Origin: an uncultured Candidatus Peribacteria bacterium
GTDB lineage: Bacteria; Patescibacteriota; Gracilibacteria; BD1-5; JAGOOR01
Reading direction: 5' to 3'
NCBI GenBank assembly: GCA_964521495.1
Contig: CAZFTF010000004.1
Span: forward strand, 15,889-79,888
DNA: 64,000 nt
The stretch's first letter is position 1. Each line of letters begins with the position of its first letter. A program made the position numbers and the translations under genes. The notes under the pieces are model-generated. The model ran no database searches and was not told where the DNA came from. It saw only the letters and a list, made by a program, of their open reading frames with translations. Below, in pieces: positions 11,397 through 22,502 of the stretch.

Positions 11397-14369
11397 CTAT
11401 TTTATTACAATATTAAGAATCTTATTCGGAATAAAAATCTCTTTGAGAATGGTTGCTCCCTCGAGCCATTTTGCAATTTCTGGTTTTGATTCTATGGTTG
11501 TGCGGACTTCATCTACAGCGACACCTCGCATAAATGGATAGGTGCCTCGGAGTTTTCCATTGATTTGCACAGCAATCATGACCTCATCATCGATCGTGAG
11601 TGCTTCGATGTATTCTGGCCATTCAGTCTCGTATATACTACTGTCTTCATTGCCCATGAGTGACCAGCATTCTTCTGCCATATGAGGAGCAAAAGGATGG
11701 AGGAGTCGAGCAAGAGCTGATTTCCATTCTGTGCGAGTTTCAGCATCAGCTGGAGCTCATTCATTCATCATCACGTTGAGCATTGAGATAGCGGTATTAA
11801 ATTTCATATTCTCGATATCTTCCCCGATTTTTTTGATAGCCTTGTGCATCGTCTTCACGGCTTTCAGATTATCACTTGCCAGAAATGTTTTAAATTCATC
11901 ACTGGCTTCATCGGCTGTAAAGAGTCGATGAATTTTCTCCAGCAATCGATAGTTTCCGATAATGGCCTTGGTATTCCAAGGGGACACATCAGAGAAATCC
12001 GCCATACTCATCTCATACATTCGGAGCGTATCAGCACCATATTCATCGATGACTTCATCAGGATTGATAACATTTCATTTTGATTTACTCATTTTCTCTC
12101 CATCTGGCCCGAGAATCAGACCCACATTTCGGAGTTTAAAGAATGGTTCATCACTCGGCACAACACCGATATCAAAGAGGAACTTATGCCAAAATCGTGC
12201 GTAGAGAAGATGCAGAACAGCATGTTCTGCGCCACCGATATAGCTATCAGCTTCTCACCAATATTTCACAACAGCAGGATCCACGATGGCTTCATTATTC
12301 TTCGGATCCATATACCGCAGATAGTACCAGCAAGAACCAGCCCACTGAGGCATGGTATTGGTTTCTCGTTTTCCGACGAGATTGTTCCCAAGTCGTACAT
12401 TTACCCAATCAGGTATCGTCGCAAGAGGGGATTGTCCATCACCTGATGGTTCGTATTTTTCGACTTCTGGGAGCTTCAATGGAAGCGTATAATCTGGGAG
12501 AATCCATGAGTCGATTCATTGGTAGAGTTTACCGAGTATGGTATCTCATTTTTTGAGTACTTCTCCATCTACCCAGCATTCAGTATTGTGAGTTGTTGGG
12601 AGAGATTTCTTGTCTTCTTCTGAGATATGTATCAGGGGAATTGGCTCTCCCCAGTATCGCTGACGAGAGAAAATCCAGTCTCGGAGTTTGTAGTTGGTTA
12701 CTTTCTTTCCGAAACCTTCTTGTTCTGCCTTTTCAGTGAGCTTGATTCTTCCCTCAGCGGATGAAATCCAGTCGTAGTCATCAGAATTGACGAGGACACC
12801 ATCCTCAGTGAAGGCCTTTTCTTCAAGGAACTGATTCCACATATAAATACATGAATCAATATTGATGAATTTAGACACTTCTGAACTTTGAATCCATACA
12901 GGGGCATGTTTTCGTAATTCTTCTGTGCCTACCTCTACTTGTGCTTCATCAATAAGTTCAAATAATCACACCTCAACATGACCAACACGATTTACATCTT
13001 TTGGTCCTGTGAAATGATATGTTTTCTCTTTTCAGAGAGATCGAATAAAACGAATATTTGAATATCCAGTTTCTTCTAGAATCTCTCTTTTTCACGCTAC
13101 TTCTAAGCTTTCTCCCTCCGTTCCCCCAGACACGAAACCTTTCCAACTTGTTTGTTTCCAGTCAAGACATAAATATTTATCTTCAGTATGATGCTTGAGG
13201 ACAGCTAGAAGCAAATCTCTTGGTTCATCTTTTTTATCTTTTCGAGGAGCATAGTCACCGGTAGTATCGGTAAAAAATGGTCAAACACTCTGTTTGATTT
13301 TGAGTCCATATTTTTTCGCGAAATCCCAATCTCGTTCATCATGAGCTGGTACCGCCATCACAGCCCCCGTTCCATAATTTCCGAGAACATAATCTGCTAT
13401 CCATACAGGAACTTTTTCGCCATTGTAAGGATTTACAACATACGATCCCGTGAAGACACCAGTTTTTTCTTTCTTTTCATTGGTACGATCTTGGTCGGAT
13501 TCAGACTTTGTTTTTTCGATGTATTTTAGGCACTCTTTTTCATGTTCTGGCGTGATAAATTGTGCAACAGTTGGGTGATCAGGCGCCACGACAACATAGG
13601 TCATACCATAGACAGTATCGATACGAGTTGTGAAAACTTCCACATTAGGACAATCAATTCATTTGAGACTAAATTGGCATCCCTCACTTCTTCCTATCCA
13701 ATTTCTCTGCATTTCCTTGATACCTTCTGGCCAGTCGAGTCGGTCAATATCTGAGAGGAGTCGGTCAGCATATTTTGTGATAGCGAGGACCCACTGACGA
13801 ATGGGCCTTTTCTCCACAGGTGTTCCACAGCGTTCACATTTTCCATCGACGACTTCTTCATTGGCGAGTCCCGTTTTACAGCTCGGACAGAAATTAATTG
13901 GCTTATCACTTTCATACGCAAGTCCAGCCTCAAAGAGCTTCAAGAAAATCCATTGAGACCATTTGTAGTATTCTGGATCCGTCGTATCGACCTCACGATT
14001 CCAGTCAAAAGAAAAACCAAATCTCTGAAGCTGTTCACGAAAACGATTGATATTATTGGCTGTTGTGACTGCTGGATGTGTACCGGTCTTTATCGCATAG
14101 TTCTCAGCTGGGAGACCAAATGCATCCCACCCCATCGGATGGAGAACATGAAACCCTTTTGCATGTTTGTAACGCGCGATGATATCTGTTGCTGTGTAGC
14201 CCTTTGGATGACCGACATGAAGTCCTGCGCCGCTGGGATAGGGGAACATATCGAGCGCATAAAACTTGGGTTTATGACTATTTTCGAGTTCGGGATTGAG
14301 ACATTCAAAAGTGTCGTGTTCTGCCCAGTATTTCTGCCACTTTGGTTCGATGGATTGATGAGGATACAT
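11397..14369 (-). CDS. leuS: Leucine--tRNA ligase carrying an internal NUDIX-fold insertion
   Basis: Six track ORFs (11397..11681, 11757..12020, 12255..12479, 12546..12878, 13281..13643, 13659..14396) share one frame, joined only by TGA. Motifs: HVGHPKGY (HIGH), [17 protein letters not shown], and the CP1 motif [15 protein letters not shown]. Start set at ATG 14367-14369 ([15 protein letters not shown]). Total 990 codons. Confidence 0.92.
12804..13283 (-). other. NUDIX-fold domain inserted in frame within the LeuRS CP1/editing region
   Basis: About 160 in-frame codons lie between [10 protein letters not shown] and GVLVNS. They read ...[51 protein letters not shown]...VGHVEVGLFELID...VWIQSSEV. 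The Nudix box is at 13062..13127. No TAA or TAG occurs. Confidence 0.65.
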
Positions 14370-14409
14370 AATAAAAATACAAAATACAAAGTACAAAATG
14401 GAACATTGT

Positions 14410-14437
14410 AAAAATTACCCATTCTGTGAATGGGTAA
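14410..14437 (-). terminator. Rho-independent terminator (minus strand)
   Basis: On the minus strand, TTACCCATTC-ACA-GAATGGGTAA is followed by TTTTT. It lies between the stop of 14478..14825 and the leuS start. Confidence 0.6.
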
Positions 14438-14477
14438 ATTATAGACAAAAATCAGCTTTTACAACAGGAATTCACTC

Positions 14478-14825
14478 TTATTCACACCCCATCGGGTCAC
14501 CAATAAAACATCGTCCAATCACAAAGCCGTCTTTGAGATATGGAGGCAGGATATAGACAGCTGCTGCGAGGCTCGCAACCGTGAGGACTCCATAGATCGT
14601 ATATTTTTGCCATTTTTTCACTTTCTTGATACGAGGCAGGACTATGAGGAGCAGGATTTGAAGTCCGATAGTTCCCAGGATTGTTCCCCACACGATGAGA
14701 TGGATTTTTGCACAAGGAAGATGACACCATGGAGCATTGGCAAAAGGCTTTGACTTGTCGGTAGCATTTATAGCAAGCGCAGAAGCTGCCACTGTACTCG
14801 CAAAGAGGGGTATATATTTTTTCAT
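14478..14825 (-). CDS. Hypothetical secreted/membrane protein
   Basis: Intact 115-aa ORF ending in TAA. It has a signal peptide (MKKYIPLFASTVAASALAINA) and two TM helices. Confidence 0.55.
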   Translation of the reverse strand: MKKYIPLFASTVAASALAINATDKSKPFANAPWCHLPCAKIHLIVWGTILGTIGLQILLLIVLPRIKKVKKWQKYTIYGVLTVASLAAAVYILPPYLKDGFVIGRCFIGDPMGCE

Positions 14826-14933
14826 AAAAGATGTTTTTTTAGAACGCGCAGTCAGTATATGAATTTTTTCATTTTTCTAGATTTTTTTCAGAGGACACAT
14901 TTGACAAATACTGATAATATATATTATACATAA

Positions 14934-15701
14934 ATGTCTCTTAATAATGGTACATTTGATGAAAGTATGATGACTCCAGAGTCCTTTCCGTATCATCTTT
15001 TGCCCCAAACACCAAAACAAATAAATATCAAGCCTTGATTTAAGCCCAGAGTACCAGTTCGGCCTCGTGGTTTCTATGGGGTAAATATTTGAGAGCTAGG
15101 AAGAAAGCCAATTCCAGAAGTTTTGACAATGATCCAAGAAGCCTCTCCGGGGTCTATCGGTCTTGAAGATGCAAAAAAAATAACAGCAATCCGATTAGCG
15201 GCATTGCTAAATTCTACATTATCCCCAAAAACTACCAGAAGTGTTTCAGAAACTATTACCAGAGTACATCAACATTTACAAGATATATTGCTTTGTCGCC
15301 CCTTTCTCATACCAGTCGTGCTGACACGAGCCCATGATTTTATTACCACGATAAGTTCTGCATTTCGGGCCTCCTCTTTGGAATCAATAAAGGGGATACA
15401 AAACATATTACAACAGCAACAAGCAATACATACAGTAGTATCTCGACACGGACACCATGCCATCGCACCAATGCCAAATATGAGGGATTCGGCTCGACAG
15501 GCGCTCCAGAAAGCTTTGGCGGACGAAAGAGAGGAGTATCCAGCTATTGGAAGTGTTGTAGATATTCTCTCAAAATCAGATATGGCTGCCGAAAACATGC
15601 GATTACATATACTGTATCTCTATTTAGCACTTACAAAAAAAGATACTATTCCCACAGTTTCACGAGGCTCATCCCAACCACGCCTACCACAAAGAGTATA
15701 A
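14934..15701 (+). CDS. Hypothetical protein
   Basis: Track ORF 15123..15701 extends upstream through two TGA to ATG 14934. No family was recognised. The 3-prime end overlaps the ZIP gene. Confidence 0.45.
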
Positions 15702-16392
15702 CAGTGATATACTTCATCTTTTTTGATGATTGGGCATGTATCATGGGGAGGAATTCTACATTGGAGACATAGAGCAGTGAACCGCCGGCAAAGGCAGTGA
15801 GGAGACTGACAACGAAAATATTTTGAGACGGGACAAGTATGCTTGAGAGGAGATATCAGAGGGGAGCTGCAAGAGCAAATGCGAGCACGAGAAGAATCTG
15901 TTTTTTACGCTGAAAATGTGATTGTCTCAAAAGAGACACCAGAGAAAGCGAGACGGGGATTTGGTGGACAGCAACTCATGCGAGTACAGTGATACCAAGT
16001 TCAGCGCTCATGTTCATTCCAGCCCGTATCCCGACCCCATCAAAGATAGTGTGGAGGAAGATGGCAATCCAAGAAACGATAATTACATGGTCCAAGTGTT
16101 CATGTGGGTCTTCGTGGGTATGGTCACCATGTTTATGATCGTGGTGATGCGGTGTGAGGAGTTCTTCTATCAGATAAATAACCAAAAACCCAGCAATAAA
16201 AGTATAGATAGCAAGAGGGTTGCTCTCGATGGATTCAGGGAGGATATGGACGAGCGAGACTGAGAGCATAGTACCCCCTCAGAGCGCGACGAGGAGATGG
16301 AGAATCTTCTCTGGGATATCCTTCCAGATGTGCAGAATAAGCCCAATACTCGATATCAGAAAAAGGCCAATAAGAATGAGAATTGGAGACAT
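15646..16392 (-). CDS. ZIP family metal (Zn/Fe) transporter
   Basis: ATG 16390-16392 to TAG 15646-15648; track ORF 15976..16269 is the middle part. It has a His-rich loop (HHHDHKHGDHTHEDPHEH) and ZIP motifs HTIFDGVGIRAG and AVHQIPVSLSL. Confidence 0.8.
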
Positions 16393-16400
16393 AAAAAAAG

Positions 16401-17537
16401 TTAAAAACAAAGTTTTTTAAGTTCTTTCTCAAAATGTTTGAGGCCAAAATCTTGGGCTCTTTTTTGACAATTGTGGCTTAGATCTCAGAGTGTTTGAATT
16501 TTTTTCACAGCATCTGCGATATCGCTTGGTTTGCAATCTGGATTAATGAGGATACCTGTTTTTCCGTCCAGAATTGTTTCTTTGAGCCCACCATCATTGA
16601 CCCCAATAACGGGTGTTCCACATGACATCGATTCTACTGGACTCATACCAAAATCCTCATCCACTGGAACATAAATAGTTGCCGTAGCTTCCTGTATGAG
16701 CTGTCGTAATTCCCCGTCATCTGGCGAACAAATCGCTCTGATATTTGGGTATCCCCCAATCATAGCAAATATTTTCTCTTTTTCTGGATCATTCCTTCCA
16801 TACGTGAGAATGAGATTTTCTTCGGGCATTTTCTGAAAGGCAGACACGATTCTATCAACGCGCTTGATGGATGATAGTCGAGCAAATGAGAGGAAATATC
16901 ATTTTTTCTCTGTATTTTTGGCGGGTTTAAAAAAGTCAGTATTAACAGGAGGGTAGAGGATAGCTGCATCACGTTTTGTAAAAGTCTTGATGCGTTTTTG
17001 GGTATTTTTGGAATTTGTGAGGAGGATCTTTATTTTTCTCAAATCTTTGAGATATTCTCGACGAAATTTACTGGTCATATATTGGTAGACCAAGAGCATA
17101 CTTTTTGGTACTTTTTTCTCATACGCTTCTCTCTGGTCAAAGAGATAGCGAGGAATGGTGTGGCAATAGTAGACAATCTTTTTTCGTTTAAAATTTTTGA
17201 CAGCCGAGAGGCAATCACCACTCATAATGATCATATCGTACTCTTTTTTTAGCTTTCTGGTTTTCATCGAGAAAGCCCATTTGAGACCAAAATGTCGGAG
17301 ACCATTTTTGCAGATAAAAGCCATCTTGGAAGGCATCCAAGGGAAATCATAGAGAAACCATTGAGGCATCAGTGGAATCATCTTTCCTTCAAAACCTTGT
17401 TCTCGGAGATTGTAGCTTCCCGGACTAAAAAATCCTGAGGCGATATCTGCCTTCAGTGCATTTGCTATCATCAGAATAAGTCTCTCCCCACCACCACGAT
17501 ACAAAAAAGTGTCATGAAGTACAAGAATTTTTAGCAT
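16401..17537 (-). CDS. Glycosyltransferase (GT-B fold, family 4-like)
   Basis: Track ORFs 16485..16847 and 16899..17537 share one frame, joined by TGA, with a tail running to TAA 16401-16403. The C-terminal motif EDFGMSPVESMSCGTPVIGVNDGGLKETI is the GT1/GT4 E-x7-E region. Confidence 0.75.
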
Positions 17538-17663
17538 AGCAGAATTATAGTAAATAATCCAAAAAAACTAGAAAATTACCCAAAGATGTTTACGGAATAT
17601 AATATATAGAATTGTCAACAGAGAGGGTTTGTATTTAGCGGAAAAGTGTGGCAAAATGAGCCT

Positions 17664-18083
17664 ATGCAATACAAGATTCCTATTCAGGTAGAAAATGAAG
17701 ATACAATTATTCTCGGTCTCAGCTTGAGACAAATGGGTATTATTATTGTGTGACTTATACTCGCTTTTGGCTTCTTCAATAAGTTTCAATCCACACTTCC
17801 CAAAACTCCTCTTATCATTGTTTGTGTGCTTATTGTTGGAATATTCTTTATCGTTGCCAAGTTTCGCACTCACGATATGACATTTTTGCCTTTTATCCTT
17901 AATTTGGTTCGTTATAAAATCAATGGTAATGGTGCAAAAGGCGAAGGAAGGCTATGGACTCGATGAGTAGATAGCTATTCCCCAATTGAAATTGGCTATG
18001 TGCAACCCGACTATGCTACGAGTAAGGGGAAAAAACGTACAAAAGATACCTCAAAAGTTGCAGAAAATATAAAAACACTGTAA
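17664..18083 (+). CDS. PrgI family (VirB3-like) small membrane protein
   Basis: ATG 17664 to TAA 18081-18083, 2 in-frame TGA. MQYKIPIQVENEDTIILGLSLRQMGIIIVGLILAFGFF followed by a second TM fits the PrgI/VirB3-type pattern found next to VirB4 genes. Confidence 0.6.
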
Positions 18084-18092
18084 AATAATTCT

Positions 18093-18917
18093 ATGAAAAA
18101 TCCTCTCGACCTTCTTTTTCAATCAAATAAATCTTCAAAAACTTCTGTTTCTGAGACTATTTCTAAGAAAGATGAAGTGATTCAGCCAGGGAAAGATACG
18201 ACAGCTACTTCTGTGAAGCCAAAAAAGACAAATCATCCCGATGATTCGACTCAGCGCTACCTCCCATTTTCAGAGGTACGAGATAATATCGTGATAATGA
18301 AGGATGGCTCTGCGCGTATTGTTCTCCGTGTCGAAGCCGTGAACTTTGCGCTCAAGAGTGAGCCAGAACAGGATGCGATCATTTATTCTTTTCAGCATTT
18401 TCTCAATTCACTTCAGTTTCCTGTTCAGATTCTCGTTCGTTCACTCAAGGTTGATATCGAAGGATATCTTACTCGACTTAAAAATCTCACTTCTGGTCAA
18501 CAAAATAAACTCCTCAAAGAGCAATCCGAGCGATATATAGAGTTTCTCACCAACCTCGTCAATGTGGCACAGATTATGAAAAAAGAGTTTTATATCATTA
18601 TCCCTCACGATGAGGTCGATAATCAGAGTGTTTCTCCAAAAGGAATGTTCCAAGTGGTAAAGAGCTTCTTCGCAGGCGTTAGTCAGACAGTGACGTATGA
18701 GCAAATACGTCATAATATGGCACGTATTGATTACATGAAGAAGAAATGTCAGGAAAAAGCGAACATGATTCAATCCAGTCTCCAGTTTGTCGGCCTTCAA
18801 TCAAAAGTTCTCGACAAGGATCAGCTTATCGAACTCATGATTAGTTACTACGATCCAAAAGTAAATTCTGTTGCCAAGGTTCTCGATAATAATGTTCACT
18901 ACGATTTAGTAGGGTAA
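18093..18917 (+). CDS. VirB4/TraC N-terminal-domain-like protein lacking the ATPase domain
   Basis: Intact 274-aa ORF with no TGA, ending in TAA. TQRYLPFSEVRDNIVIMKDGSARIVLRVEAVNFALKSEPEQDAIIYSFQHFLNSLQFPVQILVRS resembles the N-terminal region of Gram-positive VirB4 (PrgJ/Orf16-type). No Walker A motif is present. Confidence 0.5.
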   Translation: MKNPLDLLFQSNKSSKTSVSETISKKDEVIQPGKDTTATSVKPKKTNHPDDSTQRYLPFSEVRDNIVIMKDGSARIVLRVEAVNFALKSEPEQDAIIYSFQHFLNSLQFPVQILVRSLKVDIEGYLTRLKNLTSGQQNKLLKEQSERYIEFLTNLVNVAQIMKKEFYIIIPHDEVDNQSVSPKGMFQVVKSFFAGVSQTVTYEQIRHNMARIDYMKKKCQEKANMIQSSLQFVGLQSKVLDKDQLIELMISYYDPKVNSVAKVLDNNVHYDLVG

Positions 18918-18920
18918 AAC

Positions 18921-20654
18921 TTAGTATATTAACTTCCTATAGCATTCCTCACAAACAACCCTCTCAGGTCTGTCTGGAGAATAAGTTGTAATAATTTCTT
19001 TCTGGCATTCTGCGCAAGTCCTCTCATAGAGTTTTCTCGGATTTCGCAAATCCATCCTCTCCTTATGTCTATGATCCGGATGTTTCGTAGGAATAGGGAT
19101 TCCGTTTTCAATATAGAAGACCAGTTCTTGTTTGATGATTTTGAATGGTTTTTTTGTTATCTCACATTGGATGATTCATCATAAAACCTCGTTGATATTT
19201 TCTGTGGCGGTTTCGTAACCAACAATTCTTTCGTCATATTGAGAGATGGATAGAGGAACATAGTGACTTCCAATATATGTATTCTTATTTTCCCCATCAT
19301 ACCATTTCCATCACTGTGCTTTTACTTCTTTCTCGGTCATAGGGAAATATTCATTCGCCACTGTTTCATTGTATGCAAAGGGGCTTAGGTCATGTGAGAA
19401 AAATTCTCACCACTCACCTGTACTCCGCATATGATCAATAATCTTTCAGCAAAGTGTTTCATAATCTTTGACAGAGTATGGAGTGTTGAGAATAGTGTGA
19501 AATCATTTTTTGAGAGAAGCACATCCAAAGCAGTTTTGCAGACCATGACAATCCATAGAATAGAAAACATCTGCTATATTATTGGCACAACTGAAAGAGA
19601 AACAAACATTATGTGCCGCTCATCCTACGAGTTGGTTTTCATAACAAAACTCCGCAGGGAGTCACCATCCATAGTTGTCATAGCAATTTTGAGCCTTGTG
19701 AAACCAGGTATTGTATTTACTGTTTTCTAGATAAGTGCAATCAAAATTGTGAAATGAATTTTTGGAAAAATGCACATAGTCACCCGTAACTGATTCATTA
19801 CCGAGTCATTTCATAAATTTCTTTGGCATTTTTTGGCAGAGATTTCGATACAGTGCGAGTGCCTGTTCTTTTTTTATTTCATCGGTCATAATATCGCGAT
19901 ACTGCTCACGAGAAAATTGATTATTCAAAACACAATACTGTTTATTCACGAGCCCAGAACAACAAAAACAATCCTTACAACTTTGGCAGTCCTGGGAGTG
20001 TTGGATATCATGGCAATCAACGCACGATTCACAAAAGTATGTCTGAAAGCAGTTTTTGCAATCCACACAACTATAACAATTTTCGAGATCAAAAACGAAG
20101 CAGGAGTCCATGACTCACTTACTTCGCTGCATATAGGTATCATAATAACAATCTTCGTTATCGTTACATGCTGCTATGAGATAGCAGTTTTTGTTATTGG
20201 CGGAGAGATGGGAATATTCTGAATTTTCATTTTTGGACTGATGGTAGAGATTCATTTTCGGAGCTTCGGTATATAAGGCTTTAAATTGATCAAAAAATGG
20301 TCTCTCAAAATCAAAGCTTCTTCCATAATCCATAGGTGACCAATCATCACCCCACCAAACCTTTTGATCATAAACAACATAAGGCTTCTCCGGAGAATAA
20401 ATCGAAATAATTTCTTGTCCTGTTTTATCACATTTTCTCTTGTAGAGCTTTCTTTCATTTCTAAAACACAGTCTTCTCTTTTGTCTCTCATTTGGGCACA
20501 GTGTCGGACTTGGAATTGCATATTTCTTTCCTCCAAATACTGGAGAAATCTTATCATAAAATTCAAGGTCTTTATCTGTTACAAAAAAATCCTGTCCGCT
20601 CAAGCGACATTTCTTTTTTTCAATGATTTTTTCTCCTGGAGGTATGAATGACAT
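18921..20654 (-). CDS. Cysteine-rich zinc-ribbon repeat protein, paralog A (577 aa)
   Basis: Track ORFs 20115..20654 and 19806..20111 plus about 300 further codons share one frame, joined only by TGA. ATG 20652-20654 to TAA 18921-18923. It has related N- and C-terminal modules (..RNERKLYKRKCDKTGQEIISIYSP.. and ..RNPRKLYERTCAECQKEIITTYSP..) and a central run of CxxC-type repeats. Confidence 0.7.
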
Positions 20655-20665
20655 AAAGATAGGGA

Positions 20666-22399
20666 TTAATAAACAAGTTTATGATAACATTTCTCACAAA
20701 CAACTTTTTCAGGTTTATCGGGAGAATAAGTGGTAAGGATGTTATCTTTACATTCAGAACAAGTGCGCTCAAAAAATTTCCTTGGATTTCTTAAATCCAT
20801 TCGTTCTTTATGTCTCTGATCTGGATGTTTCGTGGGAATAGGGATTCAGTTCTCAATATAGAATACTAATTCCTGCTTAATGATCTTGAATGGCTTCTTG
20901 GTTACCGCACATTCGATAATTCAACCCAAAACCTCATTGATATTTTTTGTAGCGGTTTCGTATCCGACTATTTTTTCATTATATTGAGCAATAGGTAGGG
21001 GAGCATAATGATTTCAGATATAGGTATTCTTGCTTTCTCCATCATACCATTTCCACCCTCTCGAAATTACTTCTGTTTCTGTCATAGGAAAGTATTCCTG
21101 AGCCACCGTTTCGTTGTACCCAAAATGTGCTATTCCATGAGGAAAGTATTCTCCCCATTCCCCCGTACTTCGCATATGGTCTATGATTTTTCCACAAAGA
21201 GTCTCATACTCTTGGGTAGAATAGGAGGTATTCATAACACAATGATGTGCCCTTTTGAGACTTGTACATCCAAAAATATTATCAGAATCCTGACATCCAT
21301 ATGCGTATATACCACCAGAACCATTCCAATAATAGAACGTAAACAGTCATCGAGTGACATCCACCGTGGAGCCAACTTCATAACAATATTCTATTCCTCC
21401 AGGAGCCGTATAGACTGCATCCATGCACTCTATTCCTTTTGGTGTAGAGTAGATATATTTAGAGTTTTCGAGTTTCTGGGAATCAAAACAAAAAAATGAA
21501 TTTTTACCATTTTCTATCTGATCACCGACACATCATTCGCAATTAATCTGTTGAGATGGTTTGACGGGGTAAGAGGATTTAAGTGTATCAAAGGACCTGA
21601 AGAGGGGGAGTCACATGGTATTTTTTGCATTTTCCAGTGTTTTCTCATAGGATTCACGGCTTACAGGTTTGTTGTAGACATGGTACTCCTTATTTTTTAA
21701 TCCAAAACAACCAATGCAGTGTGTGCAGTTTTCGCATCGCTCAATTCATAGACAATCGCGACAATTGATACTGTCTTTCGCATAGTAACATGTATAGCAT
21801 CGAGTGAGGTTGACTCATTGGTATACGTTTTCGCATTCAAAACAAAATGTTGCATCCATGACGTCACGACAGTCACGTATGAAATTATCATAATAACATG
21901 ATTCAGATTTTGTTGTTCCGACACAAAGATAGCAGTCCTTTGCAACAAGTGTGTGATTGGTATAGTCGCAATTTTCGCATTGTTTGGTAAAGAGATTAAG
22001 TCGAGGTGTTGCCTGCATGAGCTCACTAAATTGTGGGAAAAATGGTCTCTCAAAATCAAAACTTCTACCATAGTTCATCGGAGACCAATCGTCACCCCAC
22101 CACACTTTTTGGTCATATACTACATATGGTTTATCTGGAGAGTAAATTGAGATAATTTCTTTCCCTGATAAGTCACATTTTCTCTTATAGAGTTTTCTTT
22201 CATTACGAAAACACAGTCGTCTCTTTTGTCTCTCATCGGGGCAGAGTGTCGGACTGGGTATTGAATATTTTTTTCCTCAAAATATCGGAGAAATCTTATC
22301 GTAAAACTCCATATCTTTATCTGTCACAAAAAACTCTTGTCCGCTGATGCGACAGATTTTCTTTTCAGAGATGTTTTCTCAGGGGGGTATAAATGTCAT
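20666..22399 (-). CDS. Cysteine-rich zinc-ribbon repeat protein, paralog B (577 aa)
   Basis: ATG 22397-22399 to TAA 20666-20668, in frame with track ORFs 21014..21235 and 21815..22105. The termini are near-identical to paralog A (MTFIPPGENISEKK..., ...CEKCYHKLVY). It lies 11 nt upstream of paralog A. Confidence 0.7.
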
Positions 22400-22449
22400 A
22401 TAAGTAGTATAATTAAAATTGAAAATAGAAATCAGAGAAAACTATTTTC

Positions 22450-22477
22450 TTGATAAAATAAACATCTTTGATATACT
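22450..22477 (+). promoter_or_regulatory. Candidate sigma-70-type promoter for the TrmB-family regulator
   Basis: TTGATA (22450-22455), a 16-nt spacer, then TATACT (22472-22477), 25 nt upstream of ATG 22503. Called by sequence resemblance only. Confidence 0.3.
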
Positions 22478-22502
22478 ATTTCTGTAGAAAAAATTTTACA
22501 AC

